DNA of 64,000 nucleotides, taken from NCBI GenBank assembly GCA_973895155.1, contig OZ316898.1:17350752-17414751 (forward strand), given 5' to 3'. The notes beneath the pieces are model-generated. The model worked only from the letters and a program-made list of their open reading frames with translations. It made no database searches and had not been told where the DNA came from. The position numbers and the translations under genes are program-made. The DNA is from Marsupella aquatica (Eukaryota; Plantae; Marchantiophyta). Of this stretch, positions 22,601-35,384 are shown one piece after another (position 1 is the first letter of the stretch; each line of letters starts with the position of its first letter).

Positions 22601-25600
22601 ATCTAACTGAAGCTAAGAGTTCAACTTGAAGTTATGGGTTTATCTACAGTCGGATTGGGAAGGGGGTTCAGAGTTTGGCCTCTAGTGAACGGCCCACAAA
22701 GGTTTTGTATGTTGATTAAAATTGTTCTGATAGAACTTCAATCTTAGGTTTTAGATGCTTCAGTAGCACGTTGTTTTGACAAGTACCCTAAATCCAAAAA
22801 CAAAGCCTGAGCCTGGAGGAATTCAAGTTACTAGTTCAACATTTGCACAGTCAACTTGCCCATTTACATGCTCAAGACCTGTAAGTGACCTGTAAGTCAA
22901 GACTTACACTTGTCTAAATTTCCTTTTCTAGCTCAGCTCGTGCATCCAACTCTTCACACTACAAAGGTCATTCAAATTTGACTTAATTAGGTATCAACAG
23001 GGGTCTAAAACATGCCTTTACACTAGCTTACACTCTGTCTTACAGGTCTGTAAAGTTGGGTTTCATGGTGTAACCCTTACTTCCCGCCTCTTATTTCAAA
23101 CTCTACTCTCTCCACAAACTTGACGCACTCTCACGCGCATCAACTTTGTTAGCTCTCTAGCTATGGCTGCCCGTCAAAAATTATGGAGCTCTTCCACTGA
23201 TCGGGTTCCTCTCGATTCAAATACTCCCGATGGCCCGCTCGATGGAATGTACTAAGAACTCTACTAAAAAATCTTTTGATTTGCAATGTTTGTTTCCTCC
23301 CTGTCGGCCTTCCTCATTTCTTGAATTTGAATGCCTTGCTAGTAGATTTGGGAGCGGTGTGACCAATGTCCGCACACTTTATTCTAATTACCAGCTGCGC
23401 TTTCGCTCTCTAATTCAATCTTCAAATAGACCCAAGCATGTTGCCATCTACGCCCACGATACTCAGTCTTTTTTAGTTTGACTTGAACATGGATGCTGCC
23501 AAACAGTTCTTGCACGAGGCTCAATCCTCGACCAATTCTTTCCATCTCCATGACTGAGTGCCCCAAAAGCTTTACCTCTTGCTGTCGCTCCGCTGCGCCC
23601 AAAGCTCAATGATATTGTAATCCCGATTGTAATGTGCCAGGGCTCGGCCTCCAGCCTTTCCTCCACTGCATGTACTCTGCGGCCAAAGCTCCTTTGATGT
23701 TGAAATGTGCCAGTGTGACTGAAGTCTGTGATTCACGTCGCTGGCCAGTGGAGTCTGCGTTTTGCCCTTCCAAAGGTCTGTTTTTAACCTCTCTAATTCG
23801 TGGAAGTAGCATTCTTTGAACTTGGAGGAAGGGACCTTCAATGTGTGTTGAAGACTGGAGATCGAAAGTGGAGACTGGAACATAGCTTGCTTGCTTTGAT
23901 CTTTCTGAGGTGATCTGTTAACATTAATGCGTTGAGCTCTGTGAGCAGTTGAAGACCTCAAAGTTGACGCCCAAGATGTTCCCAGTGTTATGATTGTTTT
24001 GCAGTTTGATTCCCCCGGGCAAATTTTGGGGAGACGATGAAAGAATTTCTCTTTCAATAAGCTTTTTAGTGCCGTTCTAGATATTGTAGGGTTTTGTCTG
24101 GCTTTGTCCTATGGAATATACAGGATGATAGACGGGGTAGGTCCTGGTGTCAATTTTGAACATTAATGCTTGAAATTGCCGTTCGAAGATTTATATATCC
24201 TGGTTCAATGACAATGTTTATGTGGAATCTAGAGTCTTGTTGTTGATGCTAGACAATGTACACTGCCAACTCGCTCTTCTCCCTGACGATTCCTACTTGT
24301 TTTTTGTAGGTGGCTTTTGGTTTGATAAAGCAAGATAGGTGGAACCCTCTCTCCCTATCGGTTATGGTGAGGGGATAGGAATCTTTGAAACTTTTTGTTG
24401 GCAGCTTTTTGTTCAGTAATTTTTGTTGGCACTTGTCTCAATGATTAGGTTTTCTTGAAACTGCTCCACGTTAACATCTCCAAGGAATCAAGAGTCTACT
24501 TCAGAATCAGATTTTGTTCTTATCAATGCACATTCTAACCCAAGTGGAGGTAAACAATGGATGCTCAGGATCTCCAAAGCACTCTAGGCTGCTGTGCATC
24601 GAAGATAGAGAAAAGGGGAATGAAGGCTGGCGATGGGAGATATAGTGGAATGCAGCACAGGCCGTGGAATTGTTTTGCTGCCAAGTTTTGAGATCCGAAC
24701 AAAAAGGAGAGGAAAGGGCTGCGCATGTTGCTTCAATTCAATGCCCAAAAATCCTGCTTTGCCTTGATTTGTCAACGCATTCTCCCTGGTATGCAGTCCG
24801 GTACGTGCACCATCTACAGAATATTTTTAAAATGTGGACACTCGTTTCTTGATTGTATTTAGACCTGGAATGGCTTCTTTTATTTGGCAGAATGGATGCC
24901 AGGCTGCTGCAACTAGTCGTTGTGTGCAAGAAAAGAGGATGCATGAAATTACTTTCACATTGTAACTGGTCATGATTAATTTGAAGCTTTCAGTAGCTGG
25001 GAAATGTATCAAAAATGCAAAGGCATCTAGGCTGGATGAAAAATTTTGTTTGGAAATATTCTAATTAATACTAGTTCACGGCCTCTTGAATGACAGATGC
25101 TGTGATGTAAATAATGTTCTTTGTACATTGCACTCAAAATGAGCGTCTTTGTAGTTAATTTTGACCGTATGAATATTTGGGGTAGGATGAGACTAGGGTT
25201 AGTGCTGCTCATAGAGTTCGTCAAAAGGCCGTTGAATCATTTTTAATTTCTGTTTCAAAGTTCAATGGAGGACAGGAAGCACTGTTGACGATAGACTTTG
25301 TTGCACATGCATACTTCTAAGTGGAAATCTCTATACTTAGCAGGAGAAATGAAATGGCTTTCCTGCTTTAGTTGTTCTTTGCACTTATTTTCCTACTTTC
25401 AAGAGGAGATGCTTCTGAATGTCTGGAGAGTGGAGAGAGATCTAGCCACTTGCCTATGTTAGACAAACTTACAGTGCCAAGTCGCTCTTATCCTGGCTAT
25501 TTCTACAGTAGTTATTTTTTGTAGGTGGCTTTTGGTCTGATAGGACAAGATAGTTGGAACCCAACTGCCTTGCCTTCAGTTACAATTTTGGAAGTCATGA

Positions 25601-28196
25601 TGTCATCTTTTGGCTTTGGGATCTTTCATTCTGAGCCTGCACAAAATTATCTTACAAGTGTCGGTTGCGGTGAGGTGATAGGCTAGGAATCTTTGAAACT
25701 TTTTGTTTGCAGCTATTTGTTCAGTGCCTTGTGTTGGCAGCTTTTTGTTTAGTATACAGGTATTTTTCTAATGTTATAATGTGCACTTTATTATGCATCA
25801 TTCTCATGCGTGACAAAAATTTCCTATGTTGCAGGCTGATGCTAAGGATGAGTACACGGACCCAGCCAGAATTCAAAATGTAATGAAAAATTATTCTCAT
25901 TTCATTTCAATCCCAATCTACACCTATCAAGAAAATTCAAGGACAAAAGAGGTAACAAGAGCAGTGCCATATTGTGCTTGTGCTCTGTGTATCCTCCATG
26001 GGCTGCTACTCATCCTTGTAAATGATTACTTGCTTGGATAGCTTGAAGATTAAGAATCGGCTTCTCCTGAAGGTGCCTCCAAGGAAGCTACTAAGGTAGG
26101 GTCTGAATGAATGTTTTGTCCCCATGGAATTTTACGTCCACATATGATTGGATCAAATCATTTGTAATATGATTGTCATATTGTTCTACTTTTCTTTTGG
26201 AATTCTTACGAAAGAATGATGTGGCCTGTGCATAAGAAGACGAAGAAAGTCAGAGAAATATTGGGATTGGGAGCTGCTGACAAATGAGACAAAACACCTT
26301 TGGGTGAGTCAGTTTACTGTTCAAGATACCTGGTTTTACTAACTGTACTGTTTGTTTGAGAATGTTTCATTCAGGCAGTAACCGAATATATTTGTTGACG
26401 TATTTTTAACAGTTCAGGTCAAAAAAGGATGTCACGAAGGCAGGACTCCAATGGGTTCTTCAAGAGTACATTTGGGGATTTCTTAGAAGCAATGGCTTAT
26501 ACTCCTGATATTTTTATATGCCCGGTATACTCAATATTGTTGTGGATTGACAGTGATATCTTATATGAGTTGTAAATGGGGGCATTTATAAAATCGTTGG
26601 GGCCTGCCTAGCTTTTTGAACTTTCAAATATCAAATTCTTTCCCTACTGTGATCAGCTGGCAGGTGCTCAGTGCTCTCCATCAGCACATCTGTGGGTGGA
26701 ACCAGTGACGGTTCTTATCAAGAGGAGGGCCAAAATAATTCTTCAAGCCCGGGAAATGTTTGGAATAAGGCAAGGTTTAAGTCATGTGCTATTTAAGTGA
26801 TACTTAAGTGATATACCGGTGCTGTTTTGTCCTTCTTCACCATTTGTATCACTTGTACAAATTAAAATAAGTTCTATTTTCCTCTTAATACTTGTAGTTT
26901 TGATTCTCAAGTTGGCATGGCAAAGTTGGGATTAATTCTTGGAGAATTACAGCAATTTGTCATGCAGGAGAAGAAATCTTTGAGAAGATAGTGCAACTGG
27001 TATGCTCCAATTGTTAAATTGAGCTCATTATATTCCTCTGCCCAGGTGAATAATGTTTCCAACAGAGCCTTTGCCTGGTGAATTCTCATTCTGGTTAATC
27101 AATTGAAGCCAGACTTCCTAACAATCATTTCACATAATACAGATTGATGCAGATGATGTCTCACAACTCCCGTGTGTGATTACAGCACTACCATTACATC
27201 AATTTTACATGCATCATGTCTTGCTATGATCAATTTCTGGTGAGCTGTGAAATCACTCCTAGAGCACATTTGACAAACTTCAAGGAGCAGAAGCTAGTTT
27301 GAGGCAAAAATAGGATTACTTAGATGGTCAGGATTTCCCTCATACTCTATTGATAGTGTGACCTGAAATGTAAAGTTATATGAGATAATCAAAACATTTG
27401 GATTCTTTCAATATGAGACCTAAGAGCTATCATTTGGTTATTGAGTTCTTTTTATTATGAATGTCATCTGAATGATGATTGTGTGAATTTCACTTCTTCT
27501 GTTATTGTTAGTGTTCCAGTCATTGTGATGTAAACGGGGATGTGAAGTGCTTGCATTTTTAATATCATTATTGACACGTTGTAGATTTCACTTTGAATAC
27601 ATTGAATGTGTACAATGTCTCTTTATGAAGTAACCCTAAAACTTGAAATAGCTCCAATAACATCTGAAATGACATTACCTAATGGCAGTTCATATGACAA
27701 TCCTAATTGACATGGCATATGATGTCTTAAAATGACACCCTATGTGACACCCTTTATGACACCCCATATGACTGTCAACATGACTCCATAAATGACTACA
27801 CGTGTCACACCATGTGCCACAACGGTATTGGTTCAATATTATGTCATTTATGACATGTCTTAAATGACTTATAATGATGACATTATGTAAGCTCACATAT
27901 TTGCCACGTGTTGTAGTATCATTCATTCAGATGTGTGTCATTTGGAATGTCATTAAAGACATGAATAAATGACTGACGGCCGTTCATTCAGTCATTTTGG
28001 ACACCATGTCATTTCAGAAATTGTGTGTCATTTAGGACAACTATAAATGACTGATGAGAATTTTAGTTATTTGTCTTAATTGACTGTCCTAAAAGACGAG
28101 GCAGGTATGACAGAAAAACTCTAGTCATAAAATGGTATATATGACTTCTTTGCCAGTCCTCATTACAGTCCTTAAAGACACTATTTTCCACTAGTG
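19698..28196. mobile_element. Non-autonomous CACTA (En/Spm) element, 8499 bp, Pack-type
   Basis: Ends CACTAGTAGAAAA / TTTTCCACTAGTG (13 bp, 1 mismatch); 3-bp TSD TCT (19695-19697 and 28197-28199); dense AATGAC/GTCATT subterminal repeats; no recognisable TnpD ORF. Confidence 0.95.
25835..26503 (+). pseudogene. HSP90: Captured fragment of an organellar-type HSP90 gene (about four exons with introns)
   Basis: Exon 25835-25951 ADAKDEYTDPARIQNVMKNYSHFISIPIYTYQENSRTKE (AG/GT bounded); charged-linker exon ~26042-26095; KKTKKVRE.YWDWEL.TNETK.LW ~26234-26302; KDVTK...FFKSTFGDFLEAMAYT ~26413-26503. Frameshifted, with no N- or C-terminus. Confidence 0.85.
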
Positions 28197-31100
28197 TCTC
28201 CTCGTGGAACTTCTTGACGAAGAAGGACGCCCATTTCCTGGGCCGATAGTTCTCCACCTAAATGACCTGAGCGGCCGATATTTCTCCTCTAGGTTCCATC
28301 ATGTGGAGGGCATACCGCTGGAACTCTAGGTGTTCTGCTACCTCCGGGATAAGGCACGTCCTCATTAAGAACCCATTGTCCACTACCCCTTCGATCGGGA
28401 AGCTAGAGGACTGGTATTTAGCTCCCTTGCCCCCAGGAGCTCGTGACTCTACCCGGTTTATCCCCTCGGGTAAGCCGAAAATCATCTTCAGACGTGCCTC
28501 ATCGAGACACATCAATCTCCCGTGCGCTCGGGTTTGTTGACGGGCCTCGTCAAAGTTCTGAATGAACTCCGTCATATCCTGCCCGTAATACCTGCTCCCG
28601 TTCCAAGGGAGAGAGGCGAGGTGCTCAAACCCGTGGGTCTTCAGATAGCATGCATGCTTGGGGTGGAGGATGTTCTTATGAACGTTGTCCCCCATGCGAT
28701 GCATGGTCAGCTTGGCTACCGCAACCGTGGCCAAAGGCAACCCGGATCTACGGCTGCGGGCTTCTTCCTCTTCCTACCCCGAGATTGATTCCCGGGGTGA
28801 CTAGAAGAAGGGGACATCTCTCCATCCTCTCGGTCAGGTGGTGGTAGCGCGACTGCCGTGAGTATTGGTGTCGGGGCCGCTAGCGTTATCGTGTTGTCCC
28901 CTCGGGCTTGCTGGGGTGGTGTGGGGTTGTTCGTACCTCGCGGTCGTCGATTCAGAGGAGGGTGAGCCTCCTCGTCTTCGGAGCTGATATGTACCGCATT
29001 CACCACGGATCGTACTCGGAGAGGTGGTGGAACCGGTGGCGAGGACCGGCTTGGCTGAGGCTGAGGAGGTGTAGGTGCGGGTACGGGTTGGCCGGCACTG
29101 GTCGTTGATGGTAGAGTTGCCATGAAGTTCTGCAAGTACCGGTGGAGGTTTTCCGACGCAAGTGAAGATGGTCCTATTGACCAGGTAGTGTTGAACTCGC
29201 CGTTGATGATAGCCCGGACCCGAGCGGGGATGTGGTCGAAGTGGTGCCTTTGTAAGTCGATCGTGCCCGGAATATTGAAGACCTCGTCCGGAAGCCGAAG
29301 CAGTGCCTCCCAAAAGCCGATGTATTTGCCTCCGTTGAAGAAGTACCCTGATACCTCTTCGGGTTGGTAAAGCTCGCTCTGGGACGGGTACTCAAAGTTA
29401 AGGAGATAGTGGTGTCGTCCTGCTAGGCGGATGGCTCTTTCGTATTTGCGTTCGATCTCGTATCGGCGCCCTGTGAAAATTGAATAGAAGAGTTTCCAAA
29501 GTCGACATTAGTTACACACTAGCAAGAGTTTCCAAAGTTGACATTAGTACGTTACACACTGGCAAGATTTCATTGAGATGATGGTTCTGAAGCTGCGTCG
29601 GATTGTATTTCAAGAAGCCGTCTATTGCTTGAATTGAAATCAATCAATTCAGCTGACTTGGATGGGTTTCCCTGGGCGTTTCCACAGCATGTGAGATTTC
29701 CATTGTAGCAGTTTGCATCCAACCATCTGGCTATGGAAAAATATCTTCCAAGCTTCTCAAGAAAGATACGATCATGTAACAGGCCGGGTCAAATGGGTAT
29801 CCACTGAACTAAGAACAATAGGAAATTGTTTATCCTCCAAGAGCAACAGAGGAACGCAAGCACAAGAGAAGCTGCAATTGCGAATTAATACAAGCGAGGA
29901 ATCCCTAAACCTTCTACACCACAGTTGAATATATTTTTGCTTTCAAAGATCAGTCTCGTATTGTACACAGCTAGAAAAAAGTTTAGTTGTTAGGGTTTAG
30001 GGTTACCTATGAAAACTTACAAACATCAAGGGTTACCTATGAAACTAAACCGCAACGCACACCTCTTCAAGCTCGAATTACCTTCATCCTTTGACCGTTT
30101 GGTGGTTCACATCAGGTGATTACTTATTAGGTTTGATTTCCTTGAGCAGTTCAGAACGATTCTTCTCCATTCACCTCATCTTATTCGATAAAAAGCTGCA
30201 GACCTCAGTCATAGTACTAACACATTCTTTCCTATCAACTATGAGATAACCCTTCAATCGCCGCCCAATGCTCAGCTCGATAACTGTCACAATTCTGTCT
30301 GCAGGAGGGACGATACCTCTCTCCAACCACGTTATCTTCTAATTCAATTTAAAGCAGCCAAAGAAAGGTCGCGGTACACATTGCTAGAAAAGGAATCGGT
30401 ATCGTCATTTCCTTTTCTGTTGACCGGTACTGAGTGGTTCGTCTTTTGAGGATTGAGCTTCTGTGAAATTTCATGGAATATGCATGGCAATGAAGCGTTG
30501 GTAACTGAAACTTTTAGGGTCAAGAGGTCTGATCTAGATCGCCATGCGCAGAAGGCTCATTCCTTCTCAAGGGAAATCAATATTAAAAACGACTTGGATG
30601 TGACAGAAGGCCCCAGTGGGAGAGTTCCTGGCTGGTGATTTGACTGATCTTAAGGGATGATAATGTGCGTCTCACACCCTATGGTACATATCCATCCTAT
30701 GTTGATAACAATGGACAATATTTCTATCAACACAGGATGGATATGTACCTCCAACTTCAAAGCAGTGAATGAATTACTCGTATTTACAGATGGCTATAAC
30801 AAGTGTACAAAAAAACTTAGTAGATATATTGTCTACAACAACTTACAATAAGTTAACTAAGCTTTGTGCACAGTTTCATTGCCTTCAGTTGGACCTCGGT
30901 ATCATGGATTTGTTCTCCCGATCCTATTCTGACCAATAGTCTGGGTGCCCTCCAACCTGAACATTTCTAGATGGTCCGTGTCAAGCTGAACTGAATCCAA
31001 AGAAAAAACTTGAGCCGACAATGAACTATCCATGCAGAAGTTATCATGAAACATAGAGGTTCTATCATGATTGTCAATGAAACGTTGCAGAAGTGAAGTG

Positions 31101-32029
31101 AAATCAACTCTTTTGATCTGTTCCATTTTTCATGTAGATTTTGCACAGTTAATTTAGTCACTTTCATAACGGGAAGGGAGAGCCAAGGCATCCACTGACA
31201 AACAAACTTTCATAACTGGAAGGGAGCCAAGGCATCCACAAACAAGCTTCTTGCTTCTGCAGTCGACTTAAGAAGAAGTAATACAAAATCTACTCATGAT
31301 CGATTCATAACCGGTAATTAATTAAACGTACTTAAGATCGATTCATAACCGATCATTAAACGTCAACTCACACTTACTATGCACCACTATCTATCAGCAC
31401 TCAAAGTCAAATTAGTACATAAATATACCTTCGATCTTCAATACATCGAAGCCTGTGCTTAAACGTCGACTTTCTATCCTCGCCAAGATTTTCACTTTGC
31501 TGTAATAACATAAGGATTGAGCTTCTGTAAATTTCATGGAACAAGGCAATGAAGCGTTGGTAACTAAAACTTTTAGGGTCCAAAGAGGTCTGATCTAGAT
31601 CGCCATGCGCAGAAGGCTCATTCCTTCTCAAGTGAATATAAACAACGACTTGGATGTTACGGAAGGCCTCAGTGGGAGAGTTCCTGGCTGGTGAAGCAAG
31701 TCGGTGAACTGAGCAGACAACTAAGTGGGGATTGTTGCTCAGGAGAGCTAGTAACAGCTCCTCACAGCTCCAGGAAAATTTTGGACTGACTTGGTGAGCA
31801 TGTGATTAACAGTCATTCCAGCAACATTCAACAAAACAGAAAATAGTTATAGCGTCTAGGTTTTCTTTGTCAATGTCCCATCGTTGTATCATAGTGCGGG
31901 TCAAGACACAGCCTGAACACCACTTGATCCTTCTCTTTACTAAACAACTCTACGAGGTGAGTCTAACATGAAGTTCAGATTCATTGCACCAGCTTAGATG
32001 ACATCAAACAAAGGCAGCTCAGAATTGAT

Positions 32030-33960
32030 AAGCTTTTGCCGTGATGCTAGCCGTGTGCTAGCCATCGCTGACGCCGTACTAGGGATTTTACCTTATTTGA
32101 CAACAATCTTAGACGCCGACCAGAAGGCTGTCCCCATGAACACCCTCGCCCGCAACTGATCATGGTGGGGATCATGAGTCTCAAGCAAATTTTGTGACCT
32201 CTGAATATATAGCTGAAAAACTCGCCCGAAGATATGGGAGGCAATGATCGGGCAAGCCGGATTGTCGAGGCCGAGAAGAAAATGCCAGTGCTGTAACGTG
32301 ACAAACGATCTATCCATCGCTTCTTTTGACTTACTCAGTACTGGACCGGCGGGCGCCAGCGACATTCAGCGCTTCTAGATCGCGCTATTTGCATGTCTTG
32401 GATAATCATACGCGCTAAGACCAAGCTGATGACTCTAACCGATATCATCTAGCATTCGATCAATTCAACTATTCTTTGACCACAAAGCTACGAGTACAAT
32501 CGATCGACTGTCTGTCCTTTCGATCTTATTTTGGAACAAATGATTGAGCCATACAGATTTAGTGATAATGCTCGCACCGATCGACTAGTATCGATCAATT
32601 CAGCTATTCTTTGACCACAAAGCTACAAGGATGATTGACCGACTGTCTGATTGAGCCATACAGTTTCAGTGATATATCGAGGGGCAAATGCTGGCCTATG
32701 AGTCGAGTCAACAAACACACAGTCCCAAACACTCACTCAGACATGTTTGTTTCAACGGGATAACTACCGAGGGACTCAAATTGTGAGCGGCTAGTACAGC
32801 TAGTGTCAAATGGACCGTTGAAACTAGCAATAATTCAAGTAAATGAATTCCGTTAGAATCTAGGAATTTGACATTGCAGTCGGACCAGCATTTCAAACTC
32901 AGCTGCGGCTTCAGGCAAAGGACTACCATTGTCAATTTCCGGAATCAAAAGGCCAGAACTGCCAATTGATCGATATTCCAGAGGTCAAAGAGGTCACGAA
33001 ATTTGCCCGAGACTAGCTCATGATCCCGCTGATAATTAGTTCCGGGTGAGGGTGTTGATGGCGACTGCATTCCGGGTGGCGTCCAAGCTGGTTGCGAAAC
33101 AACGTAAAATTCCTACGGCGTCAGTGATGGCTAATCCTCAATTTCCTATCGATCGAAGTATGGATGGCAAGACACTGTAATATAGCAAAGTTAAGATATA
33201 ACACCACAAACTAGATAGACATAAACACAAGTTAAGATATAACACCACACTGTAACTAGATGGACATAAACACAATTTAAGATATAACATCACACTGTAA
33301 CTAGATGGACATAAACAGAAGTTAAAGATATAACACCAGGGAGAGGTCATGAAACTCTATAATACCCTCTCTACCCTAGATGATAGGTTTACAAAATGAG
33401 GGAAAAGAGGGAGTTCTTGACCTTTCATGGAAAACTTTTTTTTCCCTAACCCTGAGATGTGCCCAAAGAGAATCTTATCTAGAATGTTAATACCCTAGCT
33501 GCCCAAAGCAAGTTGCCCAGACTTGCCCAAAACAAAAATAATATTATTGAAAGTAAAACATTTATTGGAGAATAGGAAAAATTGGAAGAATAAAATTGAA
33601 AGTTGAGGGAATACACCTCTAGGTTTGTCAAAAATAAATAATGCTCTCATGGATTTTTGCAACTCAAATGGACAGCATTTTTTACTCACTATGTCACATG
33701 GAAAATTCCTAATTAATGGATCCTTATTGTGTAGTTTCTGTCTAAGCTCCATGCCATTGTTGCAATACATTAATTGAGAATTTTGAAAACTTTCTATACA
33801 TACATATTTATTTATTAAAAATTAAAATATATGTGCTCCCTCCTATGGCATAACCACGCTTGGACTCTGCAACATGGTGATCACCATCTACCCATGCCGC
33901 GTCCCTGTGCTCTAACCGGAGTAGGTGGCGGCTAAGATATCTCAACAACTTCCTTGCCTC
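32030..33960 (+). repeat. Copy 1 of an old local duplication (paralogous to 36225-37800), including a degenerate gene with a signal-peptide-like start
   Basis: GTGATGCTAGCCGTG..CTAGCCATC.CTGACGCCGTA and ATATGGGAGGCAA are shared with the 36.2-36.8 kb region; 33310-33960 aligns with 37190-37800. Confidence 0.7.
33173..33337. repeat. ~44-bp minisatellite, about 4 copies
   Basis: CACTGTAACTAGATGGACATAAACACAAGTTAAGATATAACAC repeated; only one copy is present in the paralogous region at ~37185. Confidence 0.8.
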
Positions 33961-35098
33961 ACTTCCATTTCTTTGTCTTGCTTATATTTTCTTTGTCTTG
34001 CCTTGATTTCTTGCCTCTCATGTATTTCTTTGTCTAACCCTGACATCTTTCGCTAGCTGCAACATCTAAGCTTGCCTTGACATAGTTGCCTCACCTTGAT
34101 ATTTTTGCCTTGCTTGGACATCTTCTATGCAACGTAGCTCCCTGCATTGGGCTCATAGTAACAACATAATAAGGGGATTGGCTAGGACATTAAAGACTCA
34201 CTTAATTCTAGGTTCGTCCCCAGGTTGGTCCAAGACATCAAAACAAACTCACCTGATGATTAGTTAAGGTAACTCTATATTCAACTTGTTAAATTAAGTA
34301 AGACAGTGCCCGAGACAGTGACTATATTTTGTTGTATCTAAAAATAATAATCATGATTCAAGAACTAGTAAACAACTCAATAAATTTAGAAAGTGACCCT
34401 GGATATGATAGTGTTTGCAATAGACCCATGCTTGTTTTTTGTAATGGACCCATGCTCCGCTTATTTTTAGAAATGGATCAAATGTGTTTGATGACCAATT
34501 CTTGGGTAATTTTAGTTGCAGGCCCATTTCTTCTATAAATTTATCATCTGATTCATGCCCGCCTAATTCTAGCGGAGAAACCATATATGCTTGGTTAATT
34601 ATAACAGCAGACCCATGTTCAGCACATGTGAGATTATAACTTTGGACCGGAGGCATGGGTTATGAGCTAGTCAAAACTCACTGTCTGAAAACTCTTATCA
34701 GATATAATCTACCAAATGGCTTAAGTGTTAGTCTCAAAGAGGTTGGATGAGAGAGAAAACATACGCTCCTGCTTAATAAATGGATTTGTGAAAACTTTAG
34801 TGTAAACACTAAAACTCTTTTTTTCTAATGAAATGCATTACTCTGGAAAAGGGTAGAGGGTTAGAATAGACCGGATCACTCTTATCTAATATTGCTGAGT
34901 TATAGCTAGTTAGTGGCTGAGCAAAACTTGAACTTGATCAATATCTTTCCCCTTTCTCAAGCCCTTTCCACTGAATTGAACACATTTGAGCTCACTGCTA
35001 AATCCCACTATCCAACAATTACTTGAAACTATTTAGGATATATGTATGATTCTGCCACTGCTTTCTTATGGGCAGATCCTGATACAGTAACAATCTAC

Positions 35099-35384
35099 CT
35101 CGGGGGTCTCACTATATGGGGACCTCCCCATCGCCTGCGACGGTTTTAGGCCTCGGACCCCCTAAAATGTAAGAATTTTTTTTAATTTTTTAACCCCTAT
35201 AAAGTTGGAATATTCTAAAAATTGGATTAAAAAGACCCTAATGTTCTTATAAGTCTCAAAATTGAATTTAAAAGACCCTATTGTTCTTTTACAAAAATTC
35301 TTAAGTCTTCTCTTAGAACCAATAAAATGACCCTATCCTTCGTCGCACATGATATGCCATTTTTGTGGAAGTGAAACCCCCGAG
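35099..35384. mobile_element. 286-bp MITE of the P-like family, in inverse orientation to 10354-10649
   Basis: Ends CTCGGGGGTCTCACT / AGTGAAACCCCCGAG; perfect 8-bp TSD CAATCTAC (35091-35098 and 35385-35392); alignable along its length with the reverse complement of 10354-10649. Confidence 0.95.

Larger units (their letters stand above)
18280..29471 (-). mobile_element. Truncated LTR-retrotransposon-like remnant (probably gypsy/Athila-Tat type): 3' LTR end plus accessory ORF, split by the CACTA insertion
   Basis: Abrupt switch to GC-rich sequence at TGTCACG (18280; ...TGACA on the minus strand) in the middle of the Kolobok ORF. The GC-rich sequence resumes at 28197 and ends at ~29471. No gag/pol is present, so the lineage is inferred. 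Confidence 0.55.
19163..29471 (-). pseudogene. Accessory 'plant transposon protein'-like ORF with C-terminal coiled coil, in two pieces (29471-28197 and 19694-19163)
   Basis: Removing 19698-28196 and one TSD copy joins ...WASFFVKKFHEE to MERRRKTLYLGG... in frame. The EFIQNF...HGR..LDEARLKMIFGLPEG motif resembles plant retroelement accessory ORFs. Stops and frameshifts are present. Confidence 0.65.

Noticed and set aside
29985-30005. Interstitial telomere (TTTAGGG), also at ~20440
   Set aside because: Only about two units; expected by chance or as telo-boxes.
33338-33848. Possible TIR element (CAGGGAGAGG...CCTCCTATG), also at 37209-37662
   Set aside because: TIR match is weak, there is no TSD, and both copies share flanks, so local duplication explains it.
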